Source: Candidatus Iainarchaeum sp.
Lineage (GTDB): Archaea > Iainarchaeota > Iainarchaeia > Iainarchaeales > 1-14-0-10-31-34
Direction: 5' to 3'
Assembly: GCA_040755695.1 (NCBI GenBank)
Contig: JBFMAK010000001.1
Location: 128,637-192,636, forward strand
DNA length: 64,000 nt
Below, piece after piece: positions 19,368 to 28,060 of the stretch. The position numbers and the translations under genes are program-made. A model generated the notes under the pieces. The model searched no databases. It worked only from the letters and a program-made list of their open reading frames with translations, and was not told the DNA's origin. The number at the start of each line of letters is the position of its first letter. Position 1 is the stretch's first letter.

Positions 19368-19715
19368 TTGATGGCTGAAAAAGTTTTGCCTGTTACATGC
19401 TCTTGCGGGGGCAGACTGAAGAAGACTTTTGTTCCAGTGGAATTCTTCGGAATAGATTTTGGAATAAGAGAGGCAGAGGTATGCACTAGATGCAATGCAG
19501 AATACTTGGACGAAAAATTAATGGAAAAAATAGAAAAAGAAATAAAAAAGAAAGGCCTGTTCGGTTTGGAGTCAAAGGTAAAAGTAACAAAATCAGGCAA
19601 CTCTCTTGTAATCAGAATTCCGCCAGAAATAGCAAAATTCACGGGCTTGCAATATGAAACTCTATTGAGGATATTTCCAGTAAGCAAAAAAAGAATAGAA
19701 ATAGAGGCCCTCTAA
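19368..19715 (+). CDS. Zinc-ribbon plus AbrB/SpoVT-like protein (antitoxin candidate); paralogue of 13448-13810
   Basis: 'CSCGGRL...CTRCNAEY' followed by 'KVTKSGNSLVIRIPPEIAKFTGLQ'. Confidence 0.45.
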   Translation: MMAEKVLPVTCSCGGRLKKTFVPVEFFGIDFGIREAEVCTRCNAEYLDEKLMEKIEKEIKKKGLFGLESKVKVTKSGNSLVIRIPPEIAKFTGLQYETLLRIFPVSKKRIEIEAL

Positions 19716-19777
19716 ATTAAATTCAAAGGCATTCTGCTTCCAAAAAACAATTAAAACCCAAAGAATCAATTTATTTC

Positions 19778-20878
19778 ATGGTAGCCAGAGCAACAGCAGA
19801 CCTTCCCCTGCATCCGGGGAAATGCCCTAAATGGCTTTTCTGGAGAATGAAAGAACTGTCAGGAGCAATAGCAGAAATAATTGTATTCGAATACGGAGAA
19901 AGAGAATTCCTTGAGCGAATATCAAACCCTTTCTTTTTCCAGGCATTAGGCTGCGTGATAGGATTCGATTTCCATTCAAGCGGCCTCACAACCACAACCT
20001 GCGGCGCGCTAACAGAGGCCCTGCGAGAAAGAGAATTAGGGGTCATGCCAGCAGGAGGGAAAGGCTCTGCCTCCAAAAAAACCCCTGCCCAAATAAAACA
20101 AAAAGGCATTCAATTGAATTTCCCTGAAAACAAAATCCTTGAATTAATCCAGGCAAGCAAGCTCAGCGCAAAAGTGGACTCCTGCTTAGTGCAGGACTCC
20201 TTCAACTTATACCATCATTCATTCTTCTTCTCGGAAAAAGGAGACTGGGCAGTAATACAGCAGGGGCTTAACCCTGAAAGCAGTTATGCGAGAAGATACC
20301 ACTGGAACTCTAATTATGTAGAAGAATTTGATTTTGAGCCCCACACTGCAATCTGCTGCAATTTAAAGAAAGAGCAGACATTAAATCTGACAGCAAAAGA
20401 AAGCCAGGAAAACAAAAAAATTTCTTTAGACCTGGCAAGAGAGCCAACCCAAAAGCTGAGAAAAGAATTCAATTCCATTGTAACAGGAGAGCAGAGGAAT
20501 TTATTCAACTGGAATTCAGAGAAAAAAGAAAAATACTTGTTCATGCCCCGCTCAGTTAACTGGAGTGCTCTTGAAGAAGCCTATGAAATCCAGCCCAAAA
20601 ACTTTTCTGAGCTAATTCTAATTAAAGGATTGAGCGCAAAGACAGTGCGCGCCCTAAGCTTAATATCTGAATTGGTCTACGGAGAGGAAGCATCATGGAA
20701 GGATCCAGTGAAGTATTCTTTCTGTGTGGGAGGCAAAGACGGGGTGCCTTTCTTCATAGACCGCAGATTTTATGATGGCACAATAGAATTAATAGAGGAC
20801 GCAGTAAAGCAGACCAAACTAGGCGACCACGAAAAAATGGAAGCAATAAAAAGAATGAAGCAATTCTGGCAGGAATGA
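19778..20878 (+). CDS. Conserved archaeal protein, DUF763-like
   Basis: N-terminal 'ADLPLHPGKCPKWLFWRMKELSGAIAE' resembles the DUF763 family signature as I recall it. 366 aa. Confidence 0.45.
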   Translation: MVARATADLPLHPGKCPKWLFWRMKELSGAIAEIIVFEYGEREFLERISNPFFFQALGCVIGFDFHSSGLTTTTCGALTEALRERELGVMPAGGKGSASKKTPAQIKQKGIQLNFPENKILELIQASKLSAKVDSCLVQDSFNLYHHSFFFSEKGDWAVIQQGLNPESSYARRYHWNSNYVEEFDFEPHTAICCNLKKEQTLNLTAKESQENKKISLDLAREPTQKLRKEFNSIVTGEQRNLFNWNSEKKEKYLFMPRSVNWSALEEAYEIQPKNFSELILIKGLSAKTVRALSLISELVYGEEASWKDPVKYSFCVGGKDGVPFFIDRRFYDGTIELIEDAVKQTKLGDHEKMEAIKRMKQFWQE

Positions 20879-20880
20879 TT

Positions 20881-21708
20881 TCATGCCCTGACCTTTCTCG
20901 GCAAAAATTTCTTTAAAAGAATTCTTATTTTTTTTTCTTTTTTTGGTATTTTTAAATCTCTGGGGATTTCTTCTATTTTCCATTCTTGCTTTTCTTTGTT
21001 CCACCGAAACGAGTGAATATGCTTTAATCCCTTTTCTGTAAATATCCATCTGAAACTTTTTTCATATAGTTTTAATACCCTTTTTCTAGTTTTTGGTTTT
21101 TGTATCATTTTTTTTATTCCTGCGTGGCCTGCGCCATATTGAATTAATATTACAGGTTTTCTTTTGAGTTTTTGTGCTAATTTTGGCGCAATAATTTCTT
21201 CAACTGCATCAGCAGCCAATGCATTTACAAGCGCAACAGAGGTTGTTGGTATTAAATTACTTAAAAAAGAAGTTATGTTCACTAAAGGTTTTCTTAGTTT
21301 TATCTTTCCTTTAATAGCCAAAGGAAATGATACAATTGGGGTAATGATATTCCCTAACCCAATCATTGCAAGGCTTGTTAGCCCGATCTTTTTATTTTCT
21401 ATGATATTATTAATTAGCTTAGAAGCTCCAAGAAAAGTTAAAGCATCCCCCGATAATAACTCTCCCCTAATTATCGTATGACCAGTGGGTATCTTAATAG
21501 GGTCTACTATAAAAAAATCAATATTTTTTTCAATTAATTTTTTTTCTTCACGCGCAAATCTTTCGTCTGCAAGAAATTCTAATGGTTCACTATGCCATTC
21601 TTTAATGTGTATGTCAAATTCATGAGGAACTTTTTCCCATCGCTTTGAATGCTTTTCTAACACTAAAATATACTTCGCATTCTCTGTTTCAAAAGGAATC
21701 CAGCCCAT
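20881..21708 (-). CDS. Hypothetical protein, translationally coupled to rnz (TAAATG junction)
   Basis: ORF of coding quality. Start codon immediately follows the rnz stop. AT-rich, K-rich ends. Confidence 0.3.
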   Translation of the reverse strand: MGWIPFETENAKYILVLEKHSKRWEKVPHEFDIHIKEWHSEPLEFLADERFAREEKKLIEKNIDFFIVDPIKIPTGHTIIRGELLSGDALTFLGASKLINNIIENKKIGLTSLAMIGLGNIITPIVSFPLAIKGKIKLRKPLVNITSFLSNLIPTTSVALVNALAADAVEEIIAPKLAQKLKRKPVILIQYGAGHAGIKKMIQKPKTRKRVLKLYEKSFRWIFTEKGLKHIHSFRWNKEKQEWKIEEIPRDLKIPKKEKKIRILLKKFLPRKVRA

Positions 21709-22638
21709 TTACAATTCAAACTCCATTAAGTCTTCTGATACAATGGAATTAGCGAAAACCTGCCTTGCCTCTGTCTCGAACTTCCTTGGGTCTTTATGCC
21801 TTGGAGAAAGATGGAATAAAACCAGCTTCTTCACTTTTGCTTTTTCTGCTATTCCTGCGGCCTGCATTGCAGTGCAATGGAAGGTATGCTTTGCCCTCTT
21901 CTTCATTTCCTCCAAAAAAGAGGATTCATGGAACAATAAATCGCTGTGCTCTATTGCTTTAACGTAATGGCTTGAAGGCAGGGTGTCGCAAATTACTGCA
22001 ATCTTTTTTCCTATCTTCTTATTTTTTGAGTCAAGCACTTGCTCTGGCTTAATTCTTCTTCCTTTAAATTCAATTGTTTTTCCTTTCTGGAGTTCCCCCC
22101 ATAAAGGGCCTTCAGGTATGCCTAAAGCCTGTGCCTTCTCCCTCAAGAATTTTCCCTGTGAATCCCTTTCCTTGAAGATGTAACCATAGCAGGGAATGTC
22201 ATGATTAAGCCTTACTGCAGAAACAATAAAGTTTTCTTCATTCAATAAAACGCCTTCCCTTACCTCGATTGCCTTGAGCTCGAAATTCACTTTAAGCAGG
22301 CTCAATTCAATTGCCTTCTTTACTTTCTCTTTCACTCCTTTCGGGCCGAAAATGAATAAAGGTGAATCCCTTTGATGCATTGACATTGTGGCAATCAATC
22401 CAGGTAACCCTAAAATGTGGTCTCCGTGAAAATGGCTTAAAAAGATTGCGTGAACCTTCATGTAAGACACTTTTGCTTTCATCATCTGCCTTTGAGTGCC
22501 TTCCGGACAATCAAACAAGTAATTCAATCCATTGAAATTAATGTTAATTGCACTCAAGTTCCTGTCCTTTGTTGGAGTGCTGCAGCTTGAACCCAATACT
22601 GTTGCCTTCAATTCCTTCGCCTTCCTAATAAAAACCAA
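21709..22638 (-). CDS. rnz: Ribonuclease Z (tRNA 3' endonuclease)
   Basis: 'FLSHFHGDHILGLPGL' (HxHxDH). Size and C-terminal His motifs match short-form RNase Z. Confidence 0.8.
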   Translation of the reverse strand: MVFIRKAKELKATVLGSSCSTPTKDRNLSAININFNGLNYLFDCPEGTQRQMMKAKVSYMKVHAIFLSHFHGDHILGLPGLIATMSMHQRDSPLFIFGPKGVKEKVKKAIELSLLKVNFELKAIEVREGVLLNEENFIVSAVRLNHDIPCYGYIFKERDSQGKFLREKAQALGIPEGPLWGELQKGKTIEFKGRRIKPEQVLDSKNKKIGKKIAVICDTLPSSHYVKAIEHSDLLFHESSFLEEMKKRAKHTFHCTAMQAAGIAEKAKVKKLVLFHLSPRHKDPRKFETEARQVFANSIVSEDLMEFEL

Positions 22639-22725
22639 ATCAATTTAAAATTATTCTTGCAATAAATTATTATAATACAGTATAATTTAAAACATCTTTT
22701 TTTAATAAAAATTGAGGGCTCACAA

Positions 22726-25134
22726 ATGGCTGAAAGAAGAGATGATGCATTGAATTTCAATTCAACTGCAGAGCTTAAGGTGTCAGAAAAACTAGTAGAC
22801 CAAGTAATAGGACAGGACAATTCAGTTGAGATAGTGAAGAAGGCTGCAGCGCAGAAGAGAAACATGCTTTTAGTAGGCCTTCCAGGCACAGGGAAATGTT
22901 TGACTGCTGATACTGAATTGCTTCTCGGAGATGGTTTAATTATTTCCTGCGAAGAGTTATACCCCCAACTTTATGATGCATCAGAAGTAGAATCAAAAAA
23001 TGAAAAAATGGTTGTTTTGAAAGTATCAAATCTTTCACCTAATGTTTCTTCTTTGGTCAAAGGCGCGAAGGAAAAATTTTGGATTAGAGATTCAAGATTG
23101 TTAAGAATCAGCAAAGAAAAATTTTCCGGGGATATTCTTTTAATTAAAACAGCGTCAGGTAGAAAAATTAAGGTTACAGAAAATCACAAACTTCTATCAG
23201 TTGATGAAAATGGTTTTCTGTTAAAAAAAGCTAAAGAATTAAGCAGTAGGGATCATTTAGCTGTTCCAAGCAAATTGACTTTGTTGGATGAAAAGCCTAC
23301 TGAAACAAATGTTTTATTGCCTTTACCTCCAGAAGGAATTTTTAAAAAAATTAAGGTTCCAACTAAACTAACAATAGAAATGGCAGCATGGCTTGGGCAC
23401 TTGATTGCAGAAGGCAGTTTTTGCAGGAATCAGATAAGATTCACTTCCGCTGAACAACATAAAAGAGAGTTTTTTAAGGAATTAACAGAGCGGATTTTTG
23501 ATATTAAACCTTATATGAAAGGAAAAGATGTTTTCATTAATAGCGTTGAACTATTAACTTATTTGCGTGAGATTCTAAGAATAAAAACTACAAATGCAAG
23601 AAACAAAGAAATTCCAGTTATTATAATGCGAGCCCCTCTACGAATAATTAAGTCATTTTTAGCGAGATTATTTGCAGATGACGGTTCATTTTATAGAAAT
23701 TGTGTGGAGTTGGCTTGTAGCAATGAAAAAATGGCTTCTCAAATTCTTTATTTATTGCTTCATTTTGGCATTGTAGCAAGATTAAAAGAAAAAAAAGATT
23801 CTAAAACAAAGTGGACCTATTACAGAATTTTTATTCAAGGAGAATTTCTTGATGATTTCATGAAGAAAATTGGTTTTGTTAATAGAAAAAAATTTGGAAA
23901 ATTGCAGAAATATATCTCAGAAAAAAAGTTTAATACAAATGTTGATATAATCCCTTTTGTTGGAAAACTGATTAAGCGGGCACGGTTGGCGAGGTCTTTA
24001 ACAGTTGACAATTTCAGTCCCATTAATTCAAGCATGATTTGCAGGTATGAAAATGGAAAAAGAAATCCAAGCAAGAAAGCTCTCATAAAAATTGTAAATG
24101 TTTTAGATAAAAGATTGCCTTTGAAAGAAGATGACTGCTTACCCTTACTAAAAACTCTTGCTTTTTCAAATATATTTTGGGATAAAATTATTGAAGTAAA
24201 GGAAGTTAACTATGAGGGATATGTTTATGATATAGAAATTGAAGCTGATAGTCATGTCTTTGTTGCAGGTTTTGGTGGTTTGTTTTCACATAATTCAATG
24301 CTTGCGCAGGCAATGGCAGAAATTCTTCCTGTAAGCGAATTGCACGACATTCTAATTTACCCTAACAGGAGCGACCCAAACAATCCAAGGGTGAGAGAGG
24401 TAAAAGCAGGCGAAGGAAAAAAGATTGTGCAGAAAGCAAGAATGGAGTCAAGGGCAAAGGAAGACAACGCAAGATTCATGGGATTCATTCTGCCATTAGG
24501 ATTCTTTATTATAGCAGGCTTTATGTGGAGGCCTTTGAACTGGATTCCGGATGTAGTGTATGCTGCGACATTAATTTTAGGCGGCTTTCTAATGATTGGA
24601 TTTGCTTTAGGCAGCCAGATGAGAATGCGCTCTGGAACAGGAGGAGCACCAAAACTATTGGTTGACAATTCAGGGAAAAAGACTGCTCCATTCACTGAAG
24701 GCACTGGGGCACGAGCAGGAGCACTGCTTGGTGATGTGCGTCATGATCCACTTCAATCGTTTATTGACGAAAATAAATTAGTTGTTAAAAGTAATGGTTT
24801 TTCAGATGTTTTGAGCTTTGAATCACTGTGGAAAATGATGACTAAAAAATACCCTGAACTAATAGAAAAGCATGAAAATGGGTATGAAGCAATTGTTTTT
24901 CCTGAAAATGAAAAAGTATTCACTGTAGGCTTTAAAGACGGGAAAGTTGTTGAATCAAGGATTCTTTCCATAAATAGGAAACCCTATGATGGCGAGGTTA
25001 TAGAAATTTCAGCTGAAAACTCAAAACTTACAGTTACCCCTGAACATAAAATTTTTACTGGTTTTAAAAGCAAAGAAGCTGAAAAAATTTTAAAAAACGA
25101 CAATTTGATTAAATTGGTCAGTAAAAAAAGCTGA
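22726..25134 (+). CDS. lonB: LonB protease fragment 1: N-extein (Walker A, TM hairpin, up to 'LGDVRHDPLQ') containing intein 1, ending in the N-terminal half of intein 2
   Basis: 'LLVGLPGTGK|C...' resumes as '...SHN|SMLAQAMAEILPV' (archaeal LonB 'GxPGTGKSMLxQAMAELLP'). TM insert 'FMGFILPLGFFIIAGF...'. 'GARAGALLGDVRHDPLQ' followed by 'SFIDEN...TVTPEH...' and a stop. Confidence 0.8.
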   Translation: MAERRDDALNFNSTAELKVSEKLVDQVIGQDNSVEIVKKAAAQKRNMLLVGLPGTGKCLTADTELLLGDGLIISCEELYPQLYDASEVESKNEKMVVLKVSNLSPNVSSLVKGAKEKFWIRDSRLLRISKEKFSGDILLIKTASGRKIKVTENHKLLSVDENGFLLKKAKELSSRDHLAVPSKLTLLDEKPTETNVLLPLPPEGIFKKIKVPTKLTIEMAAWLGHLIAEGSFCRNQIRFTSAEQHKREFFKELTERIFDIKPYMKGKDVFINSVELLTYLREILRIKTTNARNKEIPVIIMRAPLRIIKSFLARLFADDGSFYRNCVELACSNEKMASQILYLLLHFGIVARLKEKKDSKTKWTYYRIFIQGEFLDDFMKKIGFVNRKKFGKLQKYISEKKFNTNVDIIPFVGKLIKRARLARSLTVDNFSPINSSMICRYENGKRNPSKKALIKIVNVLDKRLPLKEDDCLPLLKTLAFSNIFWDKIIEVKEVNYEGYVYDIEIEADSHVFVAGFGGLFSHNSMLAQAMAEILPVSELHDILIYPNRSDPNNPRVREVKAGEGKKIVQKARMESRAKEDNARFMGFILPLGFFIIAGFMWRPLNWIPDVVYAATLILGGFLMIGFALGSQMRMRSGTGGAPKLLVDNSGKKTAPFTEGTGARAGALLGDVRHDPLQSFIDENKLVVKSNGFSDVLSFESLWKMMTKKYPELIEKHENGYEAIVFPENEKVFTVGFKDGKVVESRILSINRKPYDGEVIEISAENSKLTVTPEHKIFTGFKSKEAEKILKNDNLIKLVSKKS
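22897..24294 (+). mobile_element. Intein 1 (466 aa, cis-splicing, contiguous) in the Lon Walker-A P-loop; contains a LAGLIDADG endonuclease plus an HTH
   Basis: Block A 'CLTADTELLLGDG'. Block B 'IKVTENHKLL'. 'LGHLIAEGSF' and 'LFADDGSF'. HTH '...ICRYENGKRNPSKKALIKI'. Blocks F/G 'GYVYDIEIEADSHVFVAGFGGLFSHN' then +1 Ser. Cys codon at 22897-22899; Asn codon ends at 24294. Confidence 0.85.
24757..25131 (+). mobile_element. Intein 2, N-terminal splicing half (IntN, 125 aa), terminated by a stop codon
   Basis: Inserted between Lon 'DPLQ' and 'SGGLG'. Block A-like 'SFIDENKLVV'. Block B 'KLTVTPEHKIF'. Stop at 25132-25134. Confidence 0.7.
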
Positions 25135-25186
25135 CTACTGCAAGTTTGTTTCAGAGCCTGTTTGTACCATAATCAATTTAAATAAT

Positions 25187-25888
25187 TTGAATGGCAGTTT
25201 ATGTATGAGTTTTCTGTTTACGCATGAATGGATTGCAAAGTTAGTCTTAGGGAAGCTTAAAAAGAAAGCATTAATTTCAAACTATAATAATATTGATGAC
25301 TATTTCTTTGGGGCTATTGCCCCTGACATAAGGTACATAAATAATTCATCCAGAACACTAACACACGAGATTGAAGGAAAGTATTCAATATTTGAAACTT
25401 CTAAAAAGAATAAATACTCAAAGGCGTTTCTTGCAGGATTTGAAACCCATTTGGTTGTTGATGACGCTTGGTCTAATAGGGAGAAATGGTTGGATGAAAG
25501 CATTTATGAATTTTACAGTGTTAATGCAAACAACCTTGCTCAAAAATTTGCTTTGTATTTTCTTGTCGATGATTATTTTCAGAGCGAGGCTTACTGGTTT
25601 TTTCCTTTTGAATGCGCTGGCAATATTTTCCGTGCTAACGATTTGCAGCTCTTAATTGATTTAGGCTTTAATCATAAAGATATTTTATTGTATAAATCTT
25701 TGGCGGCCGTTTATATGAGAGAGCCCGGCATAGACACAATGAATATTTTTAATTTTGTTCCGGGAAAATTAGATGAAATTTTGATTAGAACAATATTGGA
25801 ACAAAAATCTACGTTAACATCGTTCTTAAAAGAATTCAAAAAAATTTCAGTAGAAAAAAGTCTGACTTTTTTGGAGAGCCATTTATGA
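25187..25888 (+). CDS. Independent ORF inside the intein-2 gap; hypothetical, possibly a metal-dependent hydrolase or nuclease (phospholipase C/P1-nuclease-like motifs)
   Basis: Likely ATG start at 25205 ('MSFLFTHEWIAKL'). His/Asp-rich motifs 'THEW', 'AIAPDIRY', 'FETHLVVDDAWSN'. No LAGLIDADG motif. AT-rich. Different frame from both Lon fragments. Confidence 0.35.
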   Translation: MNGSLCMSFLFTHEWIAKLVLGKLKKKALISNYNNIDDYFFGAIAPDIRYINNSSRTLTHEIEGKYSIFETSKKNKYSKAFLAGFETHLVVDDAWSNREKWLDESIYEFYSVNANNLAQKFALYFLVDDYFQSEAYWFFPFECAGNIFRANDLQLLIDLGFNHKDILLYKSLAAVYMREPGIDTMNIFNFVPGKLDEILIRTILEQKSTLTSFLKEFKKISVEKSLTFLESHL

Positions 25889-26000
25889 GCCCTAAAATGA
25901 AAATAATTCTTGCAATAGCTTTGGTTAGTGCTACAATATATATCTACCTATTTATCAGCCTTATGATTTTTTCATTCAATTTGGTTTTAGCTGAATAAAA

Positions 26001-27941
26001 TTGCATGTTAACACTAACTATTTTAACCTTTTTCAATTAATATTTTTTCATGATGCTATGAAAGAAAAAAATTTAAAGAGGGTTTTTCCCAAAATTTCAC
26101 GAAGAAAATTTCAAGGCCACGTATACAATGTTACAACCGAAACAGGAAACTTGTTTGTAGAAAATGTACTTGTTCACAATTCAGGCGGCCTTGGAACGCC
26201 CCCTCATCTTAGAGTAGAGCCAGGGCTAATTCACAAGGTTTCAGGGGGCGTCTTGTTCTTAGATGAAATTGCAACCCTCTCACCAAAAGCACAGCAGGAG
26301 CTCCTTACAGCAATGCAGGAGAAAAAATATTCTATTACAGGCCAAAGCGAATTAAGTTCTGGTGCGATGACTAAAACGGATCCTGTGCCCTGCTTTCCGG
26401 CAGAAACCTGTTTGCTGACTGCCAAAGGAAATGTAAGCATGGGGGCATTTATTGATTCAATTTTATCTAAAAATTATGATAGAGTTGCTGTAGAGAATGG
26501 AGTGGAGGTTTTTGATTTGGATGAAAAAGAGACTATTATTACTTATTCAAATAGTAAAATTATTCCTTCAAATGCAGAAAGAGTTTATAGACGTAAATAT
26601 TCTGGAAAGGTTCTAAAAATTAAATTTGATGATGGAACTGAATTAATTGCTACCCCTGATCATCCAATAAAAACAGTTAATGGTTTTGTAAAAGCAAAAG
26701 ATTTGAAGGTTAATGATGTTATTGAAGCAACGGGGGATCTCGTAATAATTGATGAAAAAGCAATTGTCAACACCTATTGTAAGGATAACCAGAGAATTGC
26801 TAACACATTTAATAAGTGGATAGCTTCAGGCAAAAAACTTTCAGCTAAAGAGTTAGGTGTTGATTATAAAACAATTTTTTCATGGAAAAAAGGTTCCATA
26901 CCGCGTGCACTTAAAAGTGTCAATCAACTCAACAGAAAAAAACTTTTACCGTTAAACCTTAATGATGAGAGAGTGCCTAAGATAGCCAGGGTTGTTGGAG
27001 CCCTGTTTGGCGACGGCGGAATAGATGGCAGAAGACTTTCAAGAGTATATTTCTCTACAGATTCAAACAGTATGGATGATTTAAATGAATTTAAGAATGA
27101 TATTCTATCAATATTTGGAGAGGAAATTAATTCAGCAATAACCATTAAAAAAATTACTTCTAAGGGAGGGAGTGGCTTGGATTTATCTATTAATAATTCG
27201 TCCGTTGCCCGTTTTTTCTATGCTCTGGGTGTTCCAAAAGGAGATAAAGTTTCGCAGTCCTTTACAGTACCTTTCTGGGTTAAATTATCAGACAAACTAA
27301 AGAAAGAATTCTTTTCAGCTTTGCTTTGTTGTGAATTATATGGAAATATTAGAAGCAGTCAAGATACTATTTCCTTTGTTATGGCTAAATTAAAGAAATT
27401 TGAGAAAGAACACATTGAGTTCTTGAATGAAATTAGAAATTTTTTATTAAAAAACAGAGTTGAAGTGAAAGAAGTAGAACAGGACAAAGAATATTTTAAA
27501 GCTAAAGGATTACCTAACCCCGAGACTGCTGGGGCTTACTTGTTTAAACTAAATTCAGGTTATAAAAATATAATTCAATTAGCTGACATTATTAACTTTT
27601 ACTATGCAAAAAACAAAAAATCAGCTATACCCAACGTAGTGAAGAATGGTAAAATATTTATAGAGTCTCAGAAACACCTAGATAGTTTAAAGGAAGAAGC
27701 ATTGATGTTGAGAAATGCTGGAAAGACCATTCGTATAATAGCAAAAGAAACGGGATTGTGTAAAAATACTGTCTGGAAAATAGTTGGAAAGACATACAAC
27801 AAATATTCCAAATTAGACAGAAAAAGAGTTTTTGGTTTATTGGGTAAAGGTATAATACCAAAAATTGTTGCCAAAAAACTTGAAATTCCTTATACTACTG
27901 TTCTTTATTGGAAGAATAATTATTTTAGTGAGGAGTCATGA
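26001..27941 (+). CDS. lonB: LonB fragment 2: intein 2 C-terminal half, a 70-aa Lon extein (Walker B/sensor), then the intein 3 N-terminal part with endonuclease
   Basis: The likely true start is ATG 26058 ('MKEKNL...'). '...[22 protein letters not shown]|[33 protein letters not shown]...TDPVP|[13 protein letters not shown]...'. Confidence 0.75.
   Translation: MHVNTNYFNLFQLIFFHDAMKEKNLKRVFPKISRRKFQGHVYNVTTETGNLFVENVLVHNSGGLGTPPHLRVEPGLIHKVSGGVLFLDEIATLSPKAQQELLTAMQEKKYSITGQSELSSGAMTKTDPVPCFPAETCLLTAKGNVSMGAFIDSILSKNYDRVAVENGVEVFDLDEKETIITYSNSKIIPSNAERVYRRKYSGKVLKIKFDDGTELIATPDHPIKTVNGFVKAKDLKVNDVIEATGDLVIIDEKAIVNTYCKDNQRIANTFNKWIASGKKLSAKELGVDYKTIFSWKKGSIPRALKSVNQLNRKKLLPLNLNDERVPKIARVVGALFGDGGIDGRRLSRVYFSTDSNSMDDLNEFKNDILSIFGEEINSAITIKKITSKGGSGLDLSINNSSVARFFYALGVPKGDKVSQSFTVPFWVKLSDKLKKEFFSALLCCELYGNIRSSQDTISFVMAKLKKFEKEHIEFLNEIRNFLLKNRVEVKEVEQDKEYFKAKGLPNPETAGAYLFKLNSGYKNIIQLADIINFYYAKNKKSAIPNVVKNGKIFIESQKHLDSLKEEALMLRNAGKTIRIIAKETGLCKNTVWKIVGKTYNKYSKLDRKRVFGLLGKGIIPKIVAKKLEIPYTTVLYWKNNYFSEES
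26058..26180 (+). mobile_element. Intein 2, C-terminal splicing half (IntC, ~41 aa)
   Basis: Blocks F/G '[20 protein letters not shown]' followed by +1 Ser of 'SGGLGTP'. Confidence 0.75.
26391..27938 (+). mobile_element. Intein 3, N-terminal part (516 aa): splicing blocks A/B, a LAGLIDADG endonuclease and an HTH; ends at a stop overlapping the next start
   Basis: Block A '[13 protein letters not shown]'. Block B '[12 protein letters not shown]'. LAGLIDADG '[13 protein letters not shown]'. HTH '[24 protein letters not shown]'. TGA at 27939-27941. Confidence 0.75.
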
Positions 27942-28060
27942 TGTTTTCCAAGATTACTAAAAAGATTACAGGTATTGAAGAAAGAGATTTCAATGGTTAT
28001 GTGTACAATATAAAAACAGAAACAGGAACTTATATTGCCAATTCAATTGTCGTTCATAAT
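27938..28060 (+). mobile_element. Intein 3, C-terminal splicing half (IntC, 41 aa)
   Basis: Blocks F/G ending 'VVHN' with +1 Cys of '[10 protein letters not shown]' (LonB 'PVPCDF..VAAGN'). Confidence 0.75.

Noticed and set aside
25187-25888. The ORF between the intein-2 halves as a degenerate LAGLIDADG domain
   Set aside because: No LAGLIDADG-type motif is visible and its frame differs from both flanking ORFs; it is treated as an independent gene.
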